A stretch of 64,000 bases of DNA, taken from contig JYFJ02001264.1 of NCBI GenBank assembly GCA_000934665.2, forward strand, positions 1 through 64,000, in the 5' to 3' direction. The translations under genes were made by a program, and so were the position numbers. Positions 1 through 12,427 of this stretch are shown piece after piece. Below the pieces are notes generated by a model. The model saw nothing but the letters and a program-made list of their open reading frames with translations. It was not told the DNA's origin and searched no databases. Position 1 is the stretch's first letter, and the number at the start of each line of letters is the position of its first letter. This stretch comes from Catajapyx aquilonaris. Taxonomy: Eukaryota.

Positions 1-3000
1 ACCTTTTTCCTTTTCCCCTCACACACTCACCTTGACGAAGAATAAACTGTACTTGATTGTCTACCCACTGGCTTTTATGTTCACCCAACCGGTGACACAA
101 TGATGCCCTCTGGATGATAATAGGGTCATTCGCACACTCTAGCGGCCAACACTAGGTACTAAACCCCGCTGAGGAGCGTTGAAAGCTTGGTGACGTCATT
201 CGTATTCTGAATTTTTCATTCCCTCTAGCTGCGCGATCAGTAATCTGTTTTTGGCAATGGTAGGCTCATCGGCGATTGATATATGTCTGGCAGGATCGTT
301 CCCAAATTGTAGTAGGATGCGTGATTAGCTGGGTGTGCTAAATGTTTATGGCGGCCGATAATATTTGGAGAGGGCCGGGCGAGGGCGTCAGGGTCAGAAT
401 GTAATCAAATGCACATCATTAATCGTCACAAAGCAGAGCTGGGGCTCCCGTGACTCTATTTTTTTAAAAACCCCGAAACTGATTGTTTTGCAAACATAAC
501 AACCTTATAATACAGAGAGAGGGAAGAGAGTGTAGATAAAAAGGGTTTTTAGTACATCCACCGCACCCCTCCCCACGGGGGTTGGACCCCCCTCCCCCCC
601 CTGATGCCACTCTATGGCAACCAGATTTGACTTTTCCTTCCGGGAAGCGTATGTAAAGGGTGCATGCCCGGTAGACACCACAGCGATTATGTATTCAGCA
701 GAATCGGAACAAAAGTTGCTCCCCGAGTTACCCAAGGGCACAGAAAAAAAAAATTGTAATGAAAAAGTTAACTGGCATGGGCTGGACACTAATTTTTGGG
801 CATGCTAATTTTAAAGCGAACCAACCAGCGATCCTCTCCATATCGGTTCAGAACCGCTGTTAGTAAATTTTATTTTCGGCGCAATATAACAATATTAAAT
901 TCATTAGTCCACCAGGCCCGCCGGTTTAATGAGGTACGGGAATGGTGTTACCGTTTTTCACGTGTAATTAAAGCAGCAAGTGGGCGCAATTAGTAAAATT
1001 GCTTAATTTAAACGCCAACAAAGTTCTATTTACTTCTTATTAGCCCAGTTCTTCTTGGGTGCGACGCCTGCTGGTAGTTTGGCTTGGAAAAAACCGGAAT
1101 AAGATGGGTAACATGCGCATTCTCCCATAGACTAGTGCAGTACTAGTACATGCAATTGAAAAACTTGTGCACTGTAGACATGCAACGGGTACGCTCCTTA
1201 AAAAGTGCCGAATATTTATTAGAGCGTGATGTTTTAATTTGCCTAAAGTGATCTCGTCTGTCAGGAAGATAGCGGCACTTTACATGATTTTGCCCCTGCA
1301 GGTAGCTGTAGTGAAACAATTTACTCTCTGAGCAGTAGTTCAAAGGTACTGCGAACATGCTCTCTGTTGGATTCCATATTCAGCTCTTAGCTGCATCTCT
1401 CGAGGGGACTCAGAAGAGCGGGAATTAATTACGCGCCGGCAGTTTCAAGGGAGGTGAGAAACGTGTCGTGAAAACCCGATCATGTTGATTAACAAATATA
1501 ACGAATTTATAATAAGAAATATAGTCGACGCCAGCTGATACATGTTGCATGAATCAGTTTTTTTGGTGCAAAAGTCTGCAGTTGACAGCTCTGTGCCTAA
1601 ACTGCATATTATGATGAATCTCATCGTATTACCGGAATACTCACTCAAAAATGGGAACTTGTTTTATGCCGTACGACCTGGTTTTCTCGACGTTATTTAC
1701 AATTTGTGTCAGTTGAAAGCCTGTTTTTTTTCGCCCTCTCTCTCTCTTTCGCTGCATTACTGCGCTGGCTGCAAAGAAGTATAAACCCAGCTTAACTCTG
1801 AAGGAAAGTGTGTGTTTGGCGCGAAATAATGTTGTCGAGTTGGGAGTTGGGCACCTTGGCGTCAGGTTGTATCCAACGATTACCCGGCGGGTTGGGCAGC
1901 AGCACCCACATATCCTCTTTTTTATTTTTTGTTATTTTTTTATTTTAACACTATGAGGCTCGAGGGGCCTTCCCCAAAGTTCACCATTTTGTGCCTGGCC
2001 CAAGCCTAAAACTTTGGATATTAAAACATTCTCCGCGAAAACGTGCAATTCTGCGGTGCCGGCGTATTGGGAAATGGCTCCCGTTTCATCACACTTGGCT
2101 CTAAATAGGCCCTTTGCAGTCCTCAGCCCTAGCTTTACTGACTTAGCGCCAAAAGCTTTATTTCTCCGCTGTAATATTATTATTAGAGTGCTGGGCTGCG
2201 GGACAGCGAGATGACGACGACAGTCTTTTCCACCCCCTTTTTCTTTGGCAATATAGCCCCTAAGCTTGCCCAGGCAACAAGCTCGGTCCGTGATTACTTT
2301 TGGGAGGACCAGTCACAAAAAAACGGAGGGAAAACCATTTTTGGGAAGAAAATAGATTCGATCAAGCCCTGGACGTAATCAGCAAATAGTATGTTGTGAT
2401 GGCAACAAAATAATGTACTGCCGATGGAAAATAGTTGGCGTTCCAGATATTTATAGGAGGGTTGGGGAGGGGGGCAAAATCGATATTCAATTTGGGCATT
2501 GACCGAGTTCCAAGGTAATTAGCTAGTATAGCATGTGCTGCATGCTTTTCACATGGCTGACGGTCTAATGTCTCTCAAAAAGAGTGCGACCTGACAACTT
2601 GGCCGTCACCGAGCGCGCTTATGTCTAATTTCTCGTCCATTAGGTTTATTTTGTTGCTATTGACGTGTGTCTGCGTTAACGCTCAGGATGCCAATCACGC
2701 TCCTATACACATGATCCTGGCATATGCAAGATTCTTCAACACTATTTTAGGTTAAAAATGGTACGCATTTTACACATAAAAAATCTGAGCCTTTTTTCCA
2801 GATTAGTATTCGGAAAAGGATGTGGGTGCCTCATTAAGCATTCTTGCCTTTTCGTGATAAATTTCACCCCCCTTTCCCAGAAAGCGATTTTTATAATTCA
2901 AAGTGAAGAGTTTGGCTCCTTTAATCGGGTTAAATTCGTTAAAACCCAAGTCATAGCCTCAAGGGCAGTTTAATCGATTCCGACGACTTTGAGAGCTTGA

Positions 3001-3079
3001 ATTAACCTCACCGGAGGCTCCATTTCACAAACTTGCTCCCTGATAGTGCGGTTTGCATCCAGTGTTGCCACGGCCAATG

Positions 3080-3165
3080 TTTAACCACCCTCTTTTTTTC
3101 TCTCCTTTGCAGGTAAATCGCTCAGTTAAGAAAACACACCACGGAGCCCTCCCTTCTCAGTAAGT
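3080..3165 (+). other. Candidate recursive splice site (AG|GT at 3112/3113) with a 47-nt cryptic exon 3113-3159
   Basis: Branch-like TTTAAC (3080-3085), pyrimidine tract ccctctttttttctctcctttgcag, then directly GTAAAT. A second donor TCA|GTAAGT starts at 3160. Confidence 0.5.
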
Positions 3166-6100
3166 AGCTATAGCAACTTGTGGACTCGCAAACCGGATGC
3201 TTTTCATTCTCAATATGGCGACCCAAAATGGCCCCTGAGAGAAGAGAGAGAGAGAGAAAAAAAGGTGATGCGGAGGAGGATCGAACGGACGTAAATTGTG
3301 GGCTTTCAGAGCCCCATTTCTCTGGCCAACACGGGCAAAGTTCAGGGCTGGAGAGACGAATGGTTGTCCGGCATATTGAGGCTGGGAGCCATCTGTGCAG
3401 GCGCCCCAATCCCGGAGGAAATATCACTGGAGAGGACGAAAAGGGCGCACCCAAAAAAAAGTTATAATCGGCCGTTAGTGAACCCAGGGAAAATAGTCGG
3501 AGGGTAAAGTGCGAGTAAGAAGAATGACTGTAAGAATTGGAAAGGAATTCCTTTTATAGTCCTCCCACCCCCCTTTTTTTGCGTTAAAGGGATATCACAA
3601 AAGGGGGCTCTGAGGGGTCATACTAGCGGTGCATTGTGCGTTTGATGGCTTGAGTGCATATTTCCCCGGGTGAAATACCTTTTCCGGGCGAGACAAGTTC
3701 CCGGAACAATGCAAGGAATATTCCGGGGCCATCAGATTCATGGCCCACTAGTGCGCGACCAGGCCGCGGATTATTTATAGGCAATGCTGCTTGCTGCTTG
3801 CTGCATAAACCCCCCAGTAGCGTGAGAGAGACCCCCAGGATGACCGTGTGTGCATGCAAAAACTTTTGCCAGAGTGTGCTCCGACACGCCACAGCATCGA
3901 ACGGGCGTTACTTTCTCCTGTTATTATAATAATAGTTGGTATAGCAAGATTCTCTCCGTTTTTTTATATAGCTAACTTGCACCCTGAGACGACCTCCACT
4001 CCTAAACATTCCCATTCATCTTCTCCAGGCAGAGATTACGTCCGAGTCTATTGAGCCAGAAATCAAAGCCCCCGCCAAGATAGTCTCTGCGCCTCTCCTG
4101 ACACTTTATGCACTCGGGAGCCTCTGATAAAACCTACCCGCCATTTTGATGCATAATATCGAGGAGTCGCATTATAAAGGCCTCCTGAATTGATTTTTTT
4201 TTTCGCAGCTCTTTGTAAGAAATATTGCAACGGAAGGTCTTGGTGCTATGGGGGGGACAAGGTGTGGAGATCAAGTGGGCGTGTTTCCTGTGTGTCGTTT
4301 CTAAAGAATCGTGAGCGTGTCGGTCACTGAAAGGAGACTTTCACAGTTGGGTGGCTCCCCGCACCTTTTCCTGGAGAGACAAAGCTGGTATCTCGTTTTC
4401 GGTAATGGAAGGAGAAAATATGCTCGAGTGCCAAGAATACATTTTGGGAGAGTGCACAGCTCGCTTTGTCCTGTCCAGAACTCGGGACGGGGATATACAC
4501 CGGAGAGAGACCCTGACAAATCAATGTAGTTTCGCACAGCCAAAGCTGGGAGCGTGCGTTTCCACCCTACCCCCCTCATCCTATATATCAGCGATTGTTC
4601 AACCCTGGCCCAATAAAACATCGGTAATTGTTCCCCTTAGGTTGGACCTCGTCCCTTTCCTGCCGTAGGAATCTTCCCCCAGGGCGGCCCCGAATGGCAG
4701 CCACCGCCATTCTACCAAGTGGGCATTTGTCTTCCCCGCCCCTCCATCCCCACAGGATGCCCTCTGTTTCCACACTATATCTGGCCATCATTTCCATTCG
4801 GGGGACGTACAGTATCAAAAATTGCAGGAGAAGGGGCGGAGGGGGGGGTAATGCACCGAACCGGCAGGCAGGGGAGACACCCTTTACACCGGAACGATTA
4901 CAAAGCGACGGTGTTCTTGCCATTTGTGTGACTGATGTTGGCATAAGATACACCAATTTTTAACTGTGGAGCATCTGGCTATACGATAAATATTGAGCTG
5001 AAATGTGTGATTGCAGACAAATTAATTTGTCGGTATAAAAAAGGCCGTTTTCCCATTTGAAAAAATTAATATTCAATTGTGCGCAGGGTATGACACATGT
5101 TGTGAGTAATACAAAATGTTTGTGGAAACAGATCCACGTACATTCAGAGCAGATAATCGTACTGTTTGAAGACAGCTGTCATTGGCTGACATGTGATCAA
5201 CAAGATGTCCTGTCGTAGCATGAATTAAGTGACATTAAAGAGGAGACTGTTTAAATGCGCGTTTATACGGTACTCAGTGACGGTGTGATCATAAAATGTC
5301 CAAAATTGGCCCGTTTATTTGTGTGCACTGAGCAGTGATGGATTGAAACGTGCCATTTAGTAGGCACCCTGTACTTTAAATGGAACGAAAGTGGATGTTT
5401 CGCAGCATTTAAACGCTGAGATAGAATCAGTCCAAATAATTACGCTCGCAGTTTAAAAAATTTAACGTCCCCCCTGTTTGATTTATCGGCAGTCACAACA
5501 CCGGTCCATCCATCCGGAAAGGTAACATAACTGGGCAATCTGACGCTGAATCGGAGTTGCATTATTGACATCATAATTTTTGTTTTGTGCTCCGTCATTT
5601 GGCAGCCGCAGCCAGATAGCATGATATTGGCTTACTAATTTCCACCCCCATAAAATAATTCATATATGGCAAAACTGCTTTGCACAATATGTAGGTGGTG
5701 TGCAGCAGGGCCCCCAGCTTGCGCACAATGGGAGCTCGGACTATACCGAATTGGGATTGAACCCCCACATGTTTGGTTTGCATGTTGCATACAATGTGCT
5801 GGGCCGACAGCCAACGAGCAAGCCTGAGATGATCTAGCCAGTACGTGACGTAAAAGTGTAATAAACTACATAAAAAGGAACATGCGGGCGGTATGTTGGA
5901 TGGGTACAGGGAGAGGGGGGGAGGGTCAAAGCATGGACCATAATTGGATTGGTTTGTAAAGCCGGAATAGATAATTACACAGACTTGTTCCCAGTTCGTT
6001 TGAAAATAGAACAAATTACACGGGACTGTTTGTCCGACAAATAGCGGCCTAATGCGCTTTGCGCAAGTTGTCGGCGTTGCGATCTGCATCCTGAAATTAG

Positions 6101-6658
6101 GGCTTATTCACTTAAAGTTTGCTGATGGCCCCCACGTAATGATAGCCTATGTTTTTAGTCAATACCCCACCCCTATAATTTAGGCCCACGTTAGAATGCG
6201 TGGAGCTTTTGTGCCGGTAATTAGTTCGATTTTGTTCTCTGCTCTAGACCCCTCCCTTTTGTTTCTCACTGGAACTAGGCCCGAAGTCTATCACTGGGTA
6301 ATCCCCATCTGCCTTTGTCTTGCGCGCACCCACTGAATCAACCCACCACCGCCTCCCCCCATTTCTTTATCTCTGGAAATATATAAATATGCATGTTGCT
6401 GCCGTTGACTGAACCCCCTGATTAATTTATCTGGGAACTCGTTTCGAGGCTCGAGAAAATTGCAGGGGGGGGGGGGGNGTCTGGAGAAGTGTGTTTTTTT
6501 GTGCGTCCCCTTTTGGCAAACCCAAAGTCAGCAGATGAAGGTGTGAATTAGGCATGCAGCAAGATTGGAGTGATGGTTGGGTGTGCTGGTTGGACCACTT
6601 TGTTACCCTGCACTTATACTCATTGAACCCAGGGAGAAACGGAAGGGTGCTTGACGGC

Positions 6659-6702
6659 GGGCTGGGTTGGGGTCTGGGTGAGGTGGGTAGTGGGGGTGGG
6701 GG
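6659..6702 (+). other. G-quadruplex-forming motif (seven G-tracts of 3 or more)
   Basis: GGGCTGGGTTGGGGTCTGGGTGAGGTGGGTAGTGGGGGTGGGGG matches the G3+N1-7 x4 pattern with spare tracts. Folding in vivo is not shown. Confidence 0.6.
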
Positions 6703-9700
6703 ATGAGTAATTGCAGGAGCAAGAACTGAGAGTGGCAAGGACTAATTATGAGGGATGCTGTCTCTAGTTGCAGCAGCTCCTGTGCAAAAAGATCGATGCC
6801 AAGGAAAGTCATGCGATATGTTAAGAGCTCTGGAGCTACACTCCCCAGACGGTGCAGATAATCCTACGTGCGCAGGCAGAGCATCTTTAACTAGCAGATT
6901 TGGCCTGGGAAAGTTTTGCAAAAGTTGCGATCATTTGCATGTCGAATTGAAGGGGGCAACGATCCTAAGATTAGCAGGGGGGAGGAGGGAAAAAAGGATA
7001 GAAGAAGAAGAACAAAAAAATTTGCCTCTTGTATTCGGGCTTATTGCCAAGAAAGTTTTGCAGTTGCGTGTTCGATTTAATTATTCTGTTGTACAACTGC
7101 TCTATCCCTAATTATTATTATTAGCTTTTGTTTTTGTGCATCGGTGCGCAATTTGGAATGAGATGGGGCTTACTGGATTGTATGGCTTTGTTGGCATATA
7201 TACAGCAGGAGTAGCTACTTAAGGATATGAAAATATTGATTGTACGTTTTAATTGCTAATATTCATACTCGCAAACTTATTTTGCGAGGTAATGTGGGGA
7301 ATTCTTCTGAACTGTTGCATTATTTTGAAACCGTTACAGGTATAACATTATGAATGATTAATGGGAGCTCCTTCGTAGCATCTTGTATTAATGTACAGAT
7401 TATGCCCCAAAAAGTTTTAAGGATGAAAATTACATACCGGTATTCTACTCCTGAAGAACTACTGTATAACAAGAAAAAACCCTAGATTTCTGCTCGTTTC
7501 ATAGCGTAAGGATGTGTCTGGCTCAAACTCTTTTTTGCAGATGAGCATATTATATTATGCATCACCACACCAGAGATAATTTTTGCAAATTAATCCTGCC
7601 ATTATTTTTCCTGACCTAAATGGCATTGCGTTGTTAAAAAACCTATCCCTCATGAATTAGCTTCATTGAGCTACTTTAAAACCTATCTATGGTAATTATA
7701 GGGTGTAGATATAGGTCGCTTTAGTAATGATACTGACAAAGTGCCACGGATCATTTGTGGTCACTATAGAAGTGTAGAGGGTCACTTCATGCATTCAGGT
7801 ATCACGCATTTGGTGATGCTTCGTTACTGAGATAATTATGTTTAATTGAAAAATACATTATACCTGTACATCATTTCCCTTTGTGCTGCGACTGACACTG
7901 CATGTTGCGGGACCACAATTTAAACAGAATGGGAGCACTTCGTGGATTTTAATGACAGGCTTCTGATAACGGTTCCATACCTGCCGTTATGCATTGTAGC
8001 GAATTTTTAAAACTCAACACGAGCAGATTTTCAGAATAAAGCGAGTGAAAATCACCTCATAAGAGGACTATTCACCTCAACTCTTATTATGAACTGCACT
8101 CGAGTGAATGGTTCAAAAAAGCAAAGTCCAATAATTGTAAGAAGCTTGAAAAATCACTTCAACTAAGAGCTGAAAACCACTCGAAATATCTGAGAGTGTA
8201 CCGAACACATTATGTTCAACCACCCCATTTTTTCGAGTCTTTTCTACACGTGCTTTTGCAACTGCGGAAAAAAAGAGTTTCATGTCCAACTCCAACGAAC
8301 AATTGAAAAAAAAACCGCACAAAGTGCTATGGCAAGTGCTCCGAACCTGTCCGTGTCCTTTTCCCGAAGAGAGACCATAGCTGGGATAGTCTACCTGAAA
8401 TGTGAATGGGCAGCCGCTAATTCGGTTTCGGCCGTCTAATCTCATCTGCACAGAGCCTAATGAATAGCATTGGCCTGCTGGATTTGAGTTTGAGTGGGGT
8501 TGAAGAGTCGTCCGAGTGCATCCAGTGATTGCATTTCTGCTGCAGAATCACTATAGGAGAGCGGGAAAAAAATGGACAAGATGACTACCGTGACATGTAG
8601 ATCGAAAAGTCCTGCACAACAACAAGCGTCCTGCCCTGAAAATTTCCAATTAATTAATTTTCAATAGCGTGCATCTCATCAAGCACCACTCCCCCAAAAA
8701 CTCCCCGCAATCAATACTATGGGGGGACTAGAATTATTGATTTTCGATTTATCCTCCCATCCTCTTTAATCTTCATTAATTGCATGAAATTTTCAGCCAA
8801 TTAGGGGGGCATACGCAGGAAAATTTCCCTACACGTTTTGAGGTCGGGAGGTCGGTCCCTGTATATACGGTGGGCTTTAATGGCATGCCCCTGCACCCTT
8901 CTCTCTTTCTATATATCCCTCTGACTGGATCTGCAGAATTTTTATGGCGCTTCCTACGGATTAATATGGCGCAGGCCCCCGGATTTATGACAGATAAAAA
9001 TCGTTCACGTGATTAGCATGATGAAGGCAGTTCGCGCGCGTCTTTTTTTCCCTCCTTCTTCAGAAGAGGGCCGGACTCATCCTTATCATTCCTCTCAGAA
9101 CCCATTTGATTCCCCGAATTATATCCGGAAATGATGGCGTCGAAATTCAATTGCCCATCTTTTGGGAAATGTGGTCGTATTCAATCGGCTGGAATTTAAT
9201 CTACCTTAATTTATGGGGCATTGCTTACTGCTGGACGCTTCCTGCATAAAGTTCTGTCAAATAAAGTATCCTGCCACTATGCAACCGCCAATACGATGGG
9301 TATAGCGATTGTTGCGTGATTTGTGATGAGCTATTGTCACTCGTTATTTGCGACCAATTGATTCGATGATTTTAGAGTGTACAGCATCAGGTTGGGTGAA
9401 CTGTTTTTTAGCCCTTTCGCCTTTTTGGGGGTTAAAAAAAGCTGGAGCTGCAAGTAGTTATTGGAGATCGAATTATGTCACTTCAGCAACAAACAAGCAT
9501 TCAGGGAGAATCAATAACCGGATCGATTTTAGCATTTTGAAAGGCGGTACTTGGCAGGTGGGCTCAAACTGCAACCCTGCGATTAAGGGTCGTGATGCAT
9601 ACCGTGAAGGCACAATAAAGTCTGTTGTCATGGGCATGTCCTATGATTATCTGAACTGCAGGGAAAGGTTAAAAAAAAATCGCAATGGGCACTTCCTGCT

Positions 9701-12367
9701 ATGGTGTGCCTGGGGGGACCTAAAATCGAATTTGCAAGCATGCAGGAGTATAGGTAGAACCGGTTGGATGTGACCGAGCCGCAAGGGGTTACAAAGTTGT
9801 TTGTCATGGTCTCGGGGATGTTGATGAGGAAAGGTGCTAATACACTTGAGGCGGGTAATTACGATTTAAATGGGGGGAAGGAAACGGATCCTATGCAATT
9901 TTTCCGGTCGGCCAAGCGGAAAACGCTGGGGCCTCGCCTCCACGTGTTAAATCCCCATGTAGTAGTAGAGAGGGGTGGGGTGAGAGGGGGGGGGGTTCGA
10001 TTTGTCTGTGACCTCCAAGTAGTATGAGTGCATGCCCAGCTTGGCGCCCCCGCTAGTGTCACTCGAATCCAATTCAATTTGCATCACTTCGGCTCCATTA
10101 CCCCTCCCAGCTTCCTCTCTCCTGGGAAAACTGGCTGCGGCCATATAATGAGGGTTGAAAATGGCGCCCTAGAAGCTCTATAGACACATGGGAACAATGT
10201 CACTGCACCTTCGATAATACAGAAATTTGCGGGGGAGAAAAAAAAGTTTGGTGCATGGGCCATTCATCGACTGCGAGAAACGTCGTTTGGTCGTGCAAGT
10301 AGGCCTTTAATTTTTGGGGAGGGATCAGCGTGTAATTTCCTATTCGGTCTGTTAGGAGCGTAAATTATGCGAGATTAGCTAGGCGTAAGTCGTTTTCCCA
10401 TTGAAAAAGTGCGGTGCTTCCCATTCCCCGGCAGCGCCGTGCTGCCAAATTGTCTCAAGGCCGTCTTTCCACCTCTCTCTGCCAGAATCCATTTGCAGAG
10501 CAACTCAAGTGCAGCTATTTTGCTAAAAGAGCAAATTGAGCCCGAAGTAACGCTGTAAAGCTGCATCTCCGCAAAGTAGTTTTATTAGTGACCCGGGCGG
10601 TGTTGCCAGGTATGGTCTTGGCCTTGCCATTGATCCGTTGGCTTGCTTCTGCTGGAGAGTTGAGCGGAGGAATACTTGCCAAATGAACAGATTCTAAATT
10701 ATCCACACGTTGCTTCTCCCTGGCAAAAGGGGAGAGAGAGAGAGCTGCCTCGTGTAAAGTCCAGGACTTTAAATGACGCTTGTATTCTACCACAGTCGCC
10801 ACCACGTGAATTACTTAACATCTATAGGGGTACAGGGAGAAACTAATTGAACCTGGTGATCTCGCCTAGTTGGGTGCAGGATTTACAAGGCTGCTGCTTA
10901 CTGAGTCCGACGACATTCTTTGTCCCCGCGAGTTGAGGCGGGAAACGACCCCGAGTGCATGACAGCCGTACAACAAGGTACTTTGTGGTGCTCCAGAGAG
11001 GTAGAGTTTCTGGTTCATTTTTAAAACAAGTTTAAAACCAGGCGCTGGGCGCGCCTGTAAGTTAGCCTTCCTGCAAAGCAAGAGCGCTTCTTGGGTTGCT
11101 CTGCATATTCAGGATAAATATATTGAATTGGAAATCTGTTGACATGTGCCTAGTGACAAACACGTTGGTCTAATGATGATCAAGTATTTTCCGCCCAACT
11201 TGGCTTGTGGCCCCCTGAATGTCGATGGCGTCGATTGAAGTAATGGTGCACAGTGTGTCAAGAGGGCATTCATGTGGTCGACGTTTGCTTCTCTGCATAA
11301 AAGTGCGACGGGGACCCCTATGTTTATGTCAATAATGAATCACATGTTCCCACAGAGAGGTTGAAAGCCATAGAGAACAATGTGCACTACGCTTGTCACA
11401 TAAACGTTTCCGCATTGTGCTAAAATTCGGATGAGGGAAATAAAAATCTGTGATGGCGGCGCAAGTCTTTAGTGCACAATCACGTGAACGCCATTCATCT
11501 TTTATACTGGCGCAGACCCACCCTTTTTTTCTGTTGTGTTTGTCACAGTGATGTCCCCCCCTAGTCAAACCTCGTTTGTATCTCTTCACTCCGGATAGTC
11601 GGATGCACTTTGCACTCAAACGACCTCGTTTACATAATTTAATTGGGCCACTATTATATATTTGAAAAAGCGGTGCCAAAATAGATCTAGCCCCCCTGTA
11701 GTTGCATTAGCCAATAATAAAGTGGGGCTTATGTCACTCTCAATGCAGTTAAATGATGTGGTACACTCCCATCGGAAAGTATTCAGTACCGGGATTCTAA
11801 TGGGTTGTTACCATTCTCATAAACAGAGTTTAGCGGCGATTATGCGAAGCTGCACGGATATGCATCTGCATCAATGCTAGGCCTAAAACCGGTCCTGGAG
11901 AAGCCTGCAACCTGGAAATCCATGTATACATATGAGTTTTGTGGCCACATGACATCTGCTTTCATATTCTCAGCTCTCAAAAAAAACCCGCACCGAAAAA
12001 AGTTGAATCGTCAGTTTTTTTTATATTATTATTCCATGCAACGCTATCTGCTGGGTAATGCATCCAGCATCGTTGACTTTGTAATGCAGGGCACGTGCCG
12101 ACACACACAGCACGGGTTCTAAGACACAGCCCGAAATTAGTGCCAGTACACGTGCACTTTGTGGAGGGCACCATATTTAATTCAAGAATCAGGCACAGGG
12201 GTTTAATTTGCACTCCGGAATTGCAAATGAGAGGATGAAAGTGCATGCGAATGTGGATGCGGGAAACAATAATTACAATTTTTTGTACAAGGTAACATAA
12301 GTCGACACCTTCGACTGCTGGGATGGGTCAAAATGGCGGATTAATCAGCAGTTGCGCATGCGTCTGG

Positions 12368-12427
12368 TGGCAGATCCTGATGTGTACGCATGCGTATACT
12401 TCCTGGCAGATCCTGATGTGCGCATGC
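12368..12427 (+). repeat. Short direct duplication, 2 x TGGCAGATCCTGATGTG (period 36), each followed by CGCATGC
   Basis: Copies at 12368-12384 and 12404-12420. The 12-bp palindrome TACGCATGCGTA lies between them at 12385-12396. Confidence 0.85.

Noticed and set aside
5084..5373. CAGGGT ... CACCCTGTA as Tc1/mariner MITE ends
   Set aside because: Only 6 bp of inverted match and no TA on the left side; at most a one-ended remnant.
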